From an uncultured virus (IMG/VR IMGVR_UViG_3300012277_000001) (Duplodnaviria > Heunggongvirae > Uroviricota > Caudoviricetes): DNA of 64,000 nucleotides. Location of the stretch: positions 1 through 64,000 of the IMG/VR virus record IMGVR_UViG_3300012277_000001. One strand, given 5' to 3'. Below, piece after piece: positions 29,208 through 38,376 of this stretch. Under the pieces are notes generated by a model. It saw nothing but the letters and a program-made list of their open reading frames with translations, made no database searches and was not told the origin of the DNA. Both the position numbers and the translations under genes were made by a program. How positions within the stretch are numbered: the first letter of the stretch is position 1; each line of letters starts with the position of its first letter.

Positions 29208-29562
29208 TCCACTGTTCTGCGACTTCCTGAACAACGGCTACGAATGGGTTCGCGTTCACCCGGAAGACTTGTTCGGTCTGGATGAATGCGAATACACGTA
29301 CCGACTGCGCAAACGTTTCTATCAGGAAGATCAGCGTATTTTCACCATCTACGTGACGGTGGCAAATCTGTACCGCATCGAAGGCTATCCGAAAGATGGC
29401 ACGGCCCCGCGCTTCCTGTTTACGGTGCGCATGAGCTACCAGAACGGTGAGGCTGGTATTCCCCTCGGTGTTGTCAGCATGAACTGGCGTGCGCAGTCCG
29501 TGGACGAAGCTGAAAAACCTGCGCGCTGGTTCTGGCAGCAGCTGGGGGAACCAATGCCGTGA
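29125..29562 (+). CDS. hypothetical protein
   Basis: GAGGT RBS. Confidence 0.65.
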   Translation: MKPNPNLKPKSKNPSASALDLPNALGSDPLFCDFLNNGYEWVRVHPEDLFGLDECEYTYRLRKRFYQEDQRIFTIYVTVANLYRIEGYPKDGTAPRFLFTVRMSYQNGEAGIPLGVVSMNWRAQSVDEAEKPARWFWQQLGEPMP

Positions 29563-29936
29563 GTCGCGTACCTTTCGATCAAATGCTTCCGTTGGAACGT
29601 GAGCGGTTTCTTACGGATCTTGCGCGGCGTATGCGTGTCGCCCGTGGTCAAATCGAAGAGGGCCGCCGTAGCTTCGAACTGGTCGAGCCTGAGCCGACTG
29701 TGTGCACTACCATTTACGCGCAACGTCCGTACAGGCTTTTGCTAGGTGGCATTGATCATGGCCCGCTGTTATACGAATGGGATCAGGTGTTGTCGGATCT
29801 TCAGGAAGTCCTCAAAACTGTAAATAAGATTAACGGGGAAAAGCTGAACGATGTTCGGCACCGTTTAATCGAAGAGTTGCAAGGGACACGCCATGAAGAA
29901 AAAGCAAAATCTGGACCGGGGTCAAATCGCGATTGA
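29559..29936 (+). CDS. hypothetical protein
   Basis: GTGA overlap. Confidence 0.65.
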   Translation: MSRVPFDQMLPLERERFLTDLARRMRVARGQIEEGRRSFELVEPEPTVCTTIYAQRPYRLLLGGIDHGPLLYEWDQVLSDLQEVLKTVNKINGEKLNDVRHRLIEELQGTRHEEKAKSGPGSNRD

Positions 29937-30141
29937 CGACATTCGCGATCAGGCAGTAGCGGCTATCAAGGTCAAGCTGGGTAAGCTGGGAATGAACGCT
30001 ATCCAGCTGCGTGACACGTACGGCATTTCGGAAGTCGATTTGCATGGGATCATTTCGGGGCGCGGGCAAGTTCCGCTGGCACGTATCCTGATGTTCTGCG
30101 CAAACCTCGGCTACGATCTACAATTGGTTGTGAGCGAGTAA
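29893..30141 (+). CDS. XRE-family HTH protein
   Basis: LGMNAIQLRDTYGISEVDLHGIISG..VPLARILMFCANLG. Confidence 0.6.
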   Translation: MKKKQNLDRGQIAIDDIRDQAVAAIKVKLGKLGMNAIQLRDTYGISEVDLHGIISGRGQVPLARILMFCANLGYDLQLVVSE

Positions 30142-30257
30142 TGGCACTGAAACTTACCGGGTTGTTCTTTCTTTTCATGCATTGTCTGCCGTTGTTTGCG
30201 ACGATGTATTCGATTTGCAAGAAAAAGCCCCGCACCATCAGCACTAAACGTCGCTGA
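30141..30257 (+). CDS. 38-aa hydrophobic/basic peptide
   Basis: TAATG coupling; below ORF-track cutoff. Confidence 0.4.
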   Translation: MALKLTGLFFLFMHCLPLFATMYSICKKKPRTISTKRR

Positions 30258-30265
30258 TCTATTCC

Positions 30266-30305
30266 GGATTCGGGCTTCTGCCTGAATCCACAAGGGACAA
30301 TGAAA
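30266..30305 (+). promoter_or_regulatory. hairpin + AGGGACAATGAAA cassette
   Basis: GGATTCGGGC-TTCT-GCCTGAATCC then recurrent motif. Confidence 0.5.
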
Positions 30306-30306
30306 A

Positions 30307-30870
30307 ATGAGTAAATACGTCTCCAATATTTCCCGGTTGAACGCCCTGTATACGGCACTGGGAATCAAGCTGAAACAATCCAAGCAGCGGCTGGACAAAC
30401 TTCAAAACCAGACCCACGACTTCGAGGCGCCCCGTGGCGGCTTTGACGATGTGGACCATGCGATTTCCTGCATCTACAACATCCGCCAAGATATCTTGAA
30501 TGTGGAGCGCAGCATTCTCGACGTGCGCGTTTTCAATCAGAAACGTTTGGCCGTTGAATTGCTGGGCGACCCGCTGCTGGTTGCTGCCACCATCGCAGCC
30601 GAATTCGACCTGAACGGCTATATCGCGGAATACGCGGATCAGCTGGTGGACAAAGACGCGCTGTACCGCGTGTGCTACGACGTGGAAACGGAAGACTACC
30701 GGCAACTTAACCGTACGGTTATTCGTGACCGCCTGCCATACGATCTTGCGTTCCAGATTGGTAAAGAACTGGCGACGACCCTCGGCCTCAAGGAATCTTA
30801 TTTCCATGGGCAGTGGATGACGGTTATGCCATGTGAAATCGAAGAAACGGTCAAGGTGGTGAAATCCTGA
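30307..30870 (+). CDS. hypothetical protein
   Basis: ORF in array. Confidence 0.75.
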   Translation: MSKYVSNISRLNALYTALGIKLKQSKQRLDKLQNQTHDFEAPRGGFDDVDHAISCIYNIRQDILNVERSILDVRVFNQKRLAVELLGDPLLVAATIAAEFDLNGYIAEYADQLVDKDALYRVCYDVETEDYRQLNRTVIRDRLPYDLAFQIGKELATTLGLKESYFHGQWMTVMPCEIEETVKVVKS

Positions 30871-31235
30871 TGGCACTGGAAAAAGCCCACGAATTGCGAT
30901 TCCTGCATCGCATCTACATGGAACTGCTGGCGCTGCGCGAGAAACGTCGGTTGGAATACGAAGCCGCGCTTGATGCGGCCTTGATACCTTGGCCATTCCA
31001 CATGCCGATTCGCCCCGGCAAAACGCATGGGCCTTTCGTGCACGTGCAGCAGGCTATGACCAACATCATGCGTCAAGATTCTGCGATCCTGAATTACGAA
31101 CGTCTGATTGGCGAAATCAAAAATCCGCCGATCAGCGAATCACGTATGACGGACGAAGAGCGGGTCAATCGTATGATGGGTGCAGCCATCAGCCACAAAC
31201 TCGATATCGCGAAAATGGTGCAGGAGACTCAATGA
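30870..31235 (+). CDS. hypothetical protein
   Basis: TGATG coupling. Confidence 0.7.
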   Translation: MALEKAHELRFLHRIYMELLALREKRRLEYEAALDAALIPWPFHMPIRPGKTHGPFVHVQQAMTNIMRQDSAILNYERLIGEIKNPPISESRMTDEERVNRMMGAAISHKLDIAKMVQETQ

Positions 31236-31768
31236 ACATTCTCGGTCTGGAATTTTCGATCAAGCGCGCTGGGCAGAAATCTCTGCCGCCGCCAGAAACC
31301 GAATCACACGAAGAACAGCGTTTCGAAAGCTACAGTGAAAAGCATTCGTACGAGAAGACGAAAAAGGCCAAGGCCGATATCATGGGCAACATGCCCGGCT
31401 ATCGCGAGCGCAAGGCTAACGGGTTCACCCTGAAGACCTACCGCAAGAAATCGCCACTTGATGAAATCGTTTTCCCTGAGCCGGAAAACCCTGACGATCC
31501 GTGGCAACAGCAGGCGTTGGCAAACCTATTGGGCAGTGTTCAGAAAATGTATCAGAGCGGTCACTTCGACGTGTGCATCATGACCGAGGCAATCGACCGT
31601 TCCAGCATCCCGCAAAATGGGGCTGCCCGTTTGGCACGCGAGAAACTGCGTCTACTGCACTGCGTGGATTTCGACAAAATGGTGCCCGGCCTGTATGACA
31701 AAATTCCCGGCCTCATGTCTTGCGTGTTTAACGGCGGCGAAATTGTGCCAGAAGGACTTTACGAATGA
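31232..31768 (+). CDS. hypothetical protein
   Basis: AGGAG RBS, ATGA overlap. Confidence 0.75.
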   Translation: MNILGLEFSIKRAGQKSLPPPETESHEEQRFESYSEKHSYEKTKKAKADIMGNMPGYRERKANGFTLKTYRKKSPLDEIVFPEPENPDDPWQQQALANLLGSVQKMYQSGHFDVCIMTEAIDRSSIPQNGAARLAREKLRLLHCVDFDKMVPGLYDKIPGLMSCVFNGGEIVPEGLYE

Positions 31769-32235
31769 AATCGGTTGATACCCTGATCGTTAGCCGTACG
31801 CAAAACGGCCTGACCCTCGAAATGATGGAAGCCTTCCTGCACAAGTGGCGCCGTTGGCATTGCGTGTTGCGCTACGACGGTGAACAAATCTCCAAAGACC
31901 AATCGGTTTATGCGCTGTATCTGTGCTGCGATATGTGGCAGGCACCAGAACTGGAAATCGACCGTAACAATCGTTGGGATTTAGCAGAAAAGTTTCCGGA
32001 ACTGCGCCGTGATCAAAAGGGCGGTGAATCGGCGAACGAATGGCACCGCCGTGTGGACAGCTACATCAAGCGTCAAGGTTACTGCGTGGACAACGAAGGG
32101 ACCGCCCACTGGCTCGCACTGACTGAACACTTCGGCGGCCCAAAAGCCCGTGGCTACAATACGGTGCAGCTGGAAAACGCAGTCGGTTGGTTGCGCGTTT
32201 ATCACCTGCCTAACCACGAACTGGAGAAATTGTAA
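31765..32235 (+). CDS. hypothetical protein
   Basis: ATGA overlap. Confidence 0.75.
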   Translation: MKSVDTLIVSRTQNGLTLEMMEAFLHKWRRWHCVLRYDGEQISKDQSVYALYLCCDMWQAPELEIDRNNRWDLAEKFPELRRDQKGGESANEWHRRVDSYIKRQGYCVDNEGTAHWLALTEHFGGPKARGYNTVQLENAVGWLRVYHLPNHELEKL

Positions 32236-32466
32236 ATGTCTGAAATGACCGATGCAGATTGGGATCAAATGGTGGCCCAACAACAATTCGGCGGTTCCAA
32301 AAAACAATCTGGTTTTGAACCTGATCCGCAATTCAAAGAGCCATGTTTCCACCAAAGCCACCGTCCGCCGACCGGCATGGTGATCCCACACGGCATGCGT
32401 TATCGCCATGTGTGCCCCGGCTGCGGTGCAGAAACCATCATCCGCTCCCACAACGTGACTTGCTAA
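32236..32466 (+). CDS. small Zn-ribbon-like protein
   Basis: C...H.PP ... HVCPGCG. Confidence 0.65.
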   Translation: MSEMTDADWDQMVAQQQFGGSKKQSGFEPDPQFKEPCFHQSHRPPTGMVIPHGMRYRHVCPGCGAETIIRSHNVTC

Positions 32467-32467
32467 A

Positions 32468-32851
32468 ATGAACTTCGGTGAACTACCAAAGGAAATTACT
32501 CAAGCTTCTAACGTAAAGGAAGCCATCGAATTCGTACGCCGTGCCCGTGATATCGAATATGAACTGCACTGCATGTTGTGCGCCTTGTGTGGTAACGAAC
32601 CCCACGGCAAACGCGGTTTCAACGCGTTGAGTACGATGGTTGACTGCGTAAAAGCTTTAGATTCTCACGCGCAGAAAATCGAAGAGTACGCCACAAAAAT
32701 CAATTCGCACGAAGCAGGGCTGGAACACTTCAACAAAACTATTGGCCGGGTACAGCAGGCTTACGATAGTGTGAGCCACTTGCTGAACACACCATGCCCG
32801 AAAGTGCAGGAACTTCCACGGGTAAGGAAGGCGTGGTGGCGCCGTGAATGA
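32468..32851 (+). CDS. hypothetical protein
   Basis: ORF in array. Confidence 0.7.
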   Translation: MNFGELPKEITQASNVKEAIEFVRRARDIEYELHCMLCALCGNEPHGKRGFNALSTMVDCVKALDSHAQKIEEYATKINSHEAGLEHFNKTIGRVQQAYDSVSHLLNTPCPKVQELPRVRKAWWRRE

Positions 32852-33059
32852 TGCACTCGAATTTTTCAAGTTCATGTGCCGACAAATTCGCAAGGCCACC
32901 GGCTGCAAAATCACCACGGCCCAAGAAGAGTTGGCGCGTGAACTGAAATACAAAAACTTCACCGAGGCGCGTATGCGTCTTCTGGACCAACGCACCAATG
33001 CGGTCCGAAACGGTATTACCGAAGCGCAAGCGAAGGTAATAAAGCGGCTACAAGCCTAA
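32844..33059 (+). CDS. hypothetical protein
   Basis: ORF in array. Confidence 0.6.
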   Translation: MNDALEFFKFMCRQIRKATGCKITTAQEELARELKYKNFTEARMRLLDQRTNAVRNGITEAQAKVIKRLQA

Positions 33060-33076
33060 ATATATTGGAAATCAAA

Positions 33077-33586
33077 ATGGCACGCTTGACAATTATTGTG
33101 CAGGTTATTCGTACTGAAGCTGGCGTCATGATCGGCGGGGTGATCGACCCGAACGGTCCTCCTGAAGTCGCGGCTTATATGGTGCTGGACAAAACGCGTA
33201 ACCACAAAAGTGTGCTGGACAGGCTGGCGTTTCGCCGGGCCGAACGTCGTAAGGATCAGTGGTTCAGCAGCACGCATCTTTTGGATGCAAGCCACCTCAA
33301 ACTCGACGGTTCTTACGGCTACAGTTTGTTGCTGGAAATTCCTATCAAAGACGGGCTGCCCTTCGTTGATATTCTACCATGCGGCATTGTGGGTAAATCA
33401 GACCGCCGCGAATATCGGGTCTACCTGATGCACACTGACACGTGTGTTCAGGACAAGAAAACCCTCAAGGAATTTGCCGGGGCGTATCCGCTCGAAATGT
33501 TGCGGTCCCAAGATCCGGAAATTTACCATTCGGTTATTCGCGGAATCAGGAAGTACCAGCTGGACCAGAATGATCCAGCTATCTAA
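33077..33586 (+). CDS. hypothetical protein
   Basis: ORF in array. Confidence 0.7.
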   Translation: MARLTIIVQVIRTEAGVMIGGVIDPNGPPEVAAYMVLDKTRNHKSVLDRLAFRRAERRKDQWFSSTHLLDASHLKLDGSYGYSLLLEIPIKDGLPFVDILPCGIVGKSDRREYRVYLMHTDTCVQDKKTLKEFAGAYPLEMLRSQDPEIYHSVIRGIRKYQLDQNDPAI

Positions 33587-33872
33587 TTGCAGGTCGTGTC
33601 GGCGCCAGCTGCTGGTTAGCCCGGAAATCGCGAACCTGTGGTTGCATGCCGAAATTCACGTGCGTTGCCGTTGGTGCGGCGCACTTACCCTGATTCCGAG
33701 AGACGAATATGAAAACCTATCCCGAAGTGATTCTGTGTCCGTACTGCAACCAGAAATTGCAGAACTTTACAGCCCCGGATTTCTTCAGCGAGTGTTGCGG
33801 GAAAATCGTGGGTGTTATCGAACGCGAGCAGAAGCACGTGCAGGTGTTCATTCCGCCGACGCTGCCCCTTAG
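33570..33872 (+). CDS. possible Zn-ribbon protein overlapping next gene
   Basis: CRSC..CRWC; 164-nt overlap with 33709. Confidence 0.45.
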   Translation: MIQLSNCRSCRRQLLVSPEIANLWLHAEIHVRCRWCGALTLIPRDEYENLSRSDSVSVLQPEIAELYSPGFLQRVLRENRGCYRTRAEARAGVHSADAAP

Positions 33873-34182
33873 CTGCATAGGCAACAACGATGCAAACAAA
33901 CCGATTCCCGGTGTGACGGTGCGTGATGCCAACCGTGGCCGCGAAACCCGCTGGACCCATATCTATTTCCACGGCGGTTGGTACGTGCGTATCGTTGGCG
34001 GTTTTGATCTGGAAAAAGCCGGGCTGCCCCACGGGCTGGCGATGGGTCAATTGTTCAGCACGCAGAAAGAAGCGGCGGCCCACGCGGATCTGGTCGATTC
34101 CGTAATGGATCTGATCGCTGCGCGGGTTATGGAACAAACACTGGTCGAGGTTGAAAAAGAAATTGTGGAGCAATTGTCATGA
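33709..34182 (+). CDS. hypothetical protein with N-terminal CPYC motif
   Basis: GAGAG RBS. Confidence 0.7.
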   Translation: MKTYPEVILCPYCNQKLQNFTAPDFFSECCGKIVGVIEREQKHVQVFIPPTLPLSCIGNNDANKPIPGVTVRDANRGRETRWTHIYFHGGWYVRIVGGFDLEKAGLPHGLAMGQLFSTQKEAAAHADLVDSVMDLIAARVMEQTLVEVEKEIVEQLS

Positions 34183-34490
34183 AAAAACTTAGTACATGGG
34201 CCTGTGCTGGGTTGGTGGTTAGCGGCCTGATGGTCGTGGCGGGTATCGCGATTGCCACCATGCCAGTGAACGTCGAGGCCGCATCGGAACAAAGCGAAAA
34301 TCCGCTGCGCGTGGAGACATTTATTTTCGAATACCTCGATGGCACGTCAGAAAAAATCACCCGCATTTACGATACCGAAACTGGCTTCGTCTGTTACCGC
34401 TCCAACTGGAACGAAAACTCTGCCACCATGGGTCCGTGCCGTGAACTGCGGCGCTCCAATGCAATCAACGAACGTTATGGAGTCAACTGA
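34179..34490 (+). CDS. exported/membrane-anchored protein (similar to next gene)
   Basis: signal-like N-terminus; RIYDTETGFVCY. Confidence 0.7.
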   Translation: MKKLSTWACAGLVVSGLMVVAGIAIATMPVNVEAASEQSENPLRVETFIFEYLDGTSEKITRIYDTETGFVCYRSNWNENSATMGPCRELRRSNAINERYGVN

Positions 34491-34810
34491 TGTTTCTGGA
34501 AAAACACTGGCTTACCTTGCTGCTGATCGCAGTCCTCATTTGCATGTCGGCCAACGCCCGTGCCGGGATCGAAACCAATAAGATCATCGAAAATTCCGCG
34601 TTCATGGTTGAGCGGGCTGATGGTGGCACAGGCATTCCAGATATTCGCCGCTGGTATGATTCCGACGCCGATGTGGTTTGCTACGAGTTCACGGCACATG
34701 TGGGCATTTCCTGCACCGCGAACAATTCTGACGTTTTGCGTCAGAAATTCCGGAACTACAAAGAAGCGGTTACAGAACGCAAGATGAAGGAAATTGGCCT
34801 TGAAAATTGA
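34490..34810 (+). CDS. exported protein
   Basis: signal peptide; RWYDSDADVVCY..GISC. Confidence 0.7.
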   Translation: MFLEKHWLTLLLIAVLICMSANARAGIETNKIIENSAFMVERADGGTGIPDIRRWYDSDADVVCYEFTAHVGISCTANNSDVLRQKFRNYKEAVTERKMKEIGLEN

Positions 34811-35423
34811 TGACAGAATCTCTCAAGTGTTCAAAGACTTGAGCAGGCCGAAGGGTTACATCGTGTCTCTGCGCTTCGAAAGCCCCACGATGGAAAAGCG
34901 TTTTCGCAATCAGCCGGCGCCTATCGGCTCACAGCATTTGCCAGCACGTCGTGGGCGTAATCAAGCCGAGCACGATATGCGCGAATTCGTGCGCGAAGAA
35001 ATTCTGCTGCCATCGGCGCGTTGGGCGTACCGTGCGTCGCAGCATGAATACGTTGTGGCACAAGATACAAACCCGATCTATTGGCGCAAGGTTATGCGTT
35101 CGTGTCGGCAGGCAGCGCACAAATGCTGGGTCTATTTCGACGGCGGGTATATCACGCTGCAAATGGAGATTATGTGCAAAGGGCTGGGCACCGTTCATGA
35201 TAAGAACGTTCTGATGTGCGGCATCGAATCGCTGCTGAACTTCGAAATCAACCAGACCGAGCGCAACATCAGTCAAGTCATGCAGGATCAGTATGAACTA
35301 GCACGACTGCAAATTTACAAAGACATGCTGATCGGAATTGAAAGTGATTTCCTGCACAACACGATCACCATGTGCGAGCGTGACAAGGCAACTATTTTGG
35401 GCAACCGGGACGAAATGGAATGA
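34794..35423 (+). CDS. hypothetical protein
   Basis: ORF in array. Confidence 0.7.
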   Translation: MALKIDDRISQVFKDLSRPKGYIVSLRFESPTMEKRFRNQPAPIGSQHLPARRGRNQAEHDMREFVREEILLPSARWAYRASQHEYVVAQDTNPIYWRKVMRSCRQAAHKCWVYFDGGYITLQMEIMCKGLGTVHDKNVLMCGIESLLNFEINQTERNISQVMQDQYELARLQIYKDMLIGIESDFLHNTITMCERDKATILGNRDEME

Positions 35424-35956
35424 AAAGCAAAAGCAAGAATTGTTTGTTTCTTGTGCAGGGTGTCGATGAAGCGATTGAGGTTGCCCGTACGTTCATCAAA
35501 GTGCAGCCGGGCACCGACTACGATATCCGCTATGCGTTGGACGATATTCGGAGCGTCGAACATCCGCTGTGGATGCGTGTTTCGGATGAAGGCAACCAAA
35601 GCGCCCGTCTTGATTTTTTCACCGACGAACAGCTGCACAACCAGTTGGCCCAAGTACATCCGGGTTACGAAGCGCACGTCACTTTTGACGAACCCAATGC
35701 CAACTACAAATATCTGGATCAGGGTATGTTCGCGGTAAGTAATGCCAGCGGACTACGCGGGGCCGCAATTGCCTACTGCGCCATGTGTCACGACGATTCC
35801 AAGTCTGTGACAATTGTAGATGACTGGAAAGTCGAAGGTAACTTTCCATGCGTTGTCGTGCTGCGTGCTGTAGGTAATGGCACCGTAGTTATCAACTCGG
35901 CAATGCACAAAAAAGATTTGAAGCGTGCCCGTAAAGCTTTAGAAGAGTGGGACTAA
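35420..35956 (+). CDS. hypothetical protein
   Basis: ATGA overlap. Confidence 0.75.
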   Translation: MKSKSKNCLFLVQGVDEAIEVARTFIKVQPGTDYDIRYALDDIRSVEHPLWMRVSDEGNQSARLDFFTDEQLHNQLAQVHPGYEAHVTFDEPNANYKYLDQGMFAVSNASGLRGAAIAYCAMCHDDSKSVTIVDDWKVEGNFPCVVVLRAVGNGTVVINSAMHKKDLKRARKALEEWD

Positions 35957-36337
35957 ATGAACCATACGGTCAAAGTGGTGCTGGTAATGGCCTGTATTTT
36001 GTTCGCCACGACGCTACTACGCGGATTTCAAAGCCGTGCTGTTTCGAGCGGCCACAAGACCGCTGCCGGTGTTGGCGGAACCCTGATGAACGCGTGTGAA
36101 CTTTTGATCACATTTTTCGTTGTGGGAATCGCCAACACTTTACCCAATCCGTACTACGCGTTGTTCGCCTCATTCGGGGCCGGTGCAGGTTGGGTTGCTG
36201 GTATGCTGCTACATGATCGCATGGTGAAAAAACGCCGTGCGAAAATGAAGGCCATTAAGAAAGGCAAACGCGTGCAGCAAATTGAACGCATCGCACGCGC
36301 CACGTTTGAAGAACTACAGGATGAACGGGGGATGTAA
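35957..36337 (+). CDS. membrane protein (similar to 1671 ORF)
   Basis: three hydrophobic segments. Confidence 0.7.
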   Translation: MNHTVKVVLVMACILFATTLLRGFQSRAVSSGHKTAAGVGGTLMNACELLITFFVVGIANTLPNPYYALFASFGAGAGWVAGMLLHDRMVKKRRAKMKAIKKGKRVQQIERIARATFEELQDERGM

Positions 36338-36564
36338 TGCCACGCGATTTTGAATCAGCTACTGAAGTACGCGGGGCCGCCAAGCGCTGGAAATTCCGCG
36401 ACCAACGCGAAAATGAATCCGACGCCGAGTTTCGCGAAGCACTGGCGGACCATGTGAAAGACAAAGATTTGGTCGAATCCATGGAAATTCGCACCGGTAA
36501 AGGCTGGGACCGCTGGAACGATATCGAAAAGGGCCTGATGCTTGCACAGGCTTTCGACCGCTAA
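36337..36564 (+). CDS. hypothetical protein
   Basis: TAATG coupling. Confidence 0.7.
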   Translation: MPRDFESATEVRGAAKRWKFRDQRENESDAEFREALADHVKDKDLVESMEIRTGKGWDRWNDIEKGLMLAQAFDR

Positions 36565-36581
36565 GTATTAGAGAGAAAAAC

Positions 36582-37058
36582 ATGACCAACGAAACCACCA
36601 TCACCAAATCTGAAAACCTGCACTACACCCGTACCGCCACCGGCGCCGTCGTGATTTCCCACGATCAACAAAAAGTGCTGCTGGTCACGTCCACCAAATT
36701 CCCCGGCCTGTGGGTTTTGCCTAAAGGCGGATTGGAACCCGAACTGACGCCCGAGGAAAACGCCAAGAAAGAAACCCGCGAGGAAGCCGGTATCGCCGTT
36801 TTCCTGCATGAAAAGATTTACGACGAAGTTTTGTCGTACCCAGCATCCGACGACAAACCCGCGAAGGTGCAGCGTGAGATTTATTTCCGTGCTTCGTTCG
36901 GTTCGTATGTCGATTGGGAAGAGTTCCAAATCCGTAAGCGTGGCTGGTTCCCAATTGACGCCGGGTTGCGTGACCTCATGACCGACCAGCAGTACGAAGT
37001 CGTGCAACTGGCGCTGATCGCGGCCAAGGTAGCCGACCTGACCGCACTGGGGGCCTGA
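36582..37058 (+). CDS. Nudix hydrolase
   Basis: WVLPKGGLEPELTPEENAKKETREEAGI Nudix box. Confidence 0.9.
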   Translation: MTNETTITKSENLHYTRTATGAVVISHDQQKVLLVTSTKFPGLWVLPKGGLEPELTPEENAKKETREEAGIAVFLHEKIYDEVLSYPASDDKPAKVQREIYFRASFGSYVDWEEFQIRKRGWFPIDAGLRDLMTDQQYEVVQLALIAAKVADLTALGA

Positions 37059-37133
37059 CCCGTCTCTATACGCGTGCGTGCGCGTAGGGGCCTGCCAATA
37101 GCCCCTGTAAGCCCTTGATCCGTATGGGAGTAG

Positions 37134-37162
37134 TTGACAGCGGGGCGCCCGTCTGTCAGATT
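37134..37162 (+). promoter_or_regulatory. sigma70-like promoter overlapped by an inverted repeat (possible operator)
   Basis: TTGACA-17 bp-CAGATT; TGACAGCGGG/CCCGTCTGTCA inverted repeat 37135-37158. Confidence 0.45.
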
Positions 37163-37220
37163 GGTGGCTGGGCAAATCCTGCCTGTGTTACTGACCCTCA
37201 CGGATTAAGGGAAGTTTCCA

Positions 37221-37481
37221 ATGGGTACAATGAAAGTCGGAATGCCAGCCTACCTTATGCGCCCCCATTCATTGGCGGTTGCGGTGCTGGTTGTGTTGTT
37301 TGCTTTGGCCGTCGTCGTTCCCGGCGTTTGGTCGCACCGTTTGATTGGCGGTTTGGGTGTTTCGGTTTGCTGCACCGCGGTTTGCTATGTAGGACGTGAC
37401 ACGCTACCAATCGTTACCAAACTAGAACGCATCAACATGGTGATGTTCTGCCTGCTGTTTGTTTTGCTGATCTGCAATTAA
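37221..37481 (+). CDS. small membrane protein
   Basis: three hydrophobic segments. Confidence 0.6.
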   Translation: MGTMKVGMPAYLMRPHSLAVAVLVVLFALAVVVPGVWSHRLIGGLGVSVCCTAVCYVGRDTLPIVTKLERINMVMFCLLFVLLICN

Positions 37482-37501
37482 GCCCCTACGAGGATTCATC
37501 A

Positions 37502-38317
37502 ATGGCATCTTTTTCGCGCACCACTCATTCGCTCAAGCACTACCACTTCATTTTCACCGTTCTGGAAACCACGGTTAAGAAAATGGAAGCGCACGTTATT
37601 GCGCTTTCCCGCGAGGAAGCCGATTTGCTGTTCGGCCAGAAATGCCCCAACGTCTGGACCATGATTGACGTTCGCGAACTAGGCAACGCCAAGCAATGGA
37701 TCATTCGTGGACGCAAAGCCAGCATTGAGCGGCCACACGTTTATCAGGTCGGCCCGTATTTCGAGGAAGGCGACAACGCTACGCCCTTCACCGACTTCAT
37801 TAACCTGTATGTGGAAACGTTTAAACAGTTGCCATTGCCGAACCTGCGGCACCAGCTTTTCAAGCACAACGGGACGCACGTTCCGACCGCCGAGCACGTG
37901 CAAATAATTGCCGACGAAACCGGCGTGCATGAGTCCTACATTCAGGGCCTCATTGATCGCGAGTTCAAAGCCTCATGGTTTGCAAACACCGTCGAACGCT
38001 TTGGTCCGGTGCACGTTCTGAAAATTGTCAGTAAGGGCGAATTCGAAGCCCTGATGATGGGCAAGGGCACCGACGCTGCGTGGGAACGCATGGTCGATAA
38101 AATGCCTAACTTCGGCCACAAGCGCTATTACCCGATGACCGTGGGTGAATTGCTGTTCTTCCACGATATGACGGAAGTGCACAAGGCATCCCACGAAATC
38201 TACAGCGGCGCGGTTTCGATTCTGGACCTGCCGAAACGTGTACTGAAATTCCTGTGCACGATTGACCCACGCTTTGCTGATCTGGCGGCGCAAGAACAAA
38301 ACCGCCGTCAAGTCTAA
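37502..38317 (+). CDS. hypothetical protein
   Basis: GAGGA RBS. Confidence 0.8.
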   Translation: MASFSRTTHSLKHYHFIFTVLETTVKKMEAHVIALSREEADLLFGQKCPNVWTMIDVRELGNAKQWIIRGRKASIERPHVYQVGPYFEEGDNATPFTDFINLYVETFKQLPLPNLRHQLFKHNGTHVPTAEHVQIIADETGVHESYIQGLIDREFKASWFANTVERFGPVHVLKIVSKGEFEALMMGKGTDAAWERMVDKMPNFGHKRYYPMTVGELLFFHDMTEVHKASHEIYSGAVSILDLPKRVLKFLCTIDPRFADLAAQEQNRRQV

Positions 38318-38330
38318 CAATTTACCAAAA

Positions 38331-38357
38331 GGGGGCCACGCCCAAATGGCGGCCCCC
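38331..38357 (+). other. GC-rich intergenic hairpin
   Basis: GGGGGCC..CGCC-CAAAT-GGCG-GCCCCC. Confidence 0.5.
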
Positions 38358-38376
38358 ACCTTTAGGAGAAACACCC

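Noticed and set aside
30989..31231. Upstream extensions of several ORF-track calls (e.g. 1122, 2713, 12193, 30989, 44875, 58163, 58905)
   Set aside because: They overlap the preceding gene; downstream starts with RBS or stop-start coupling are more plausible and were used instead
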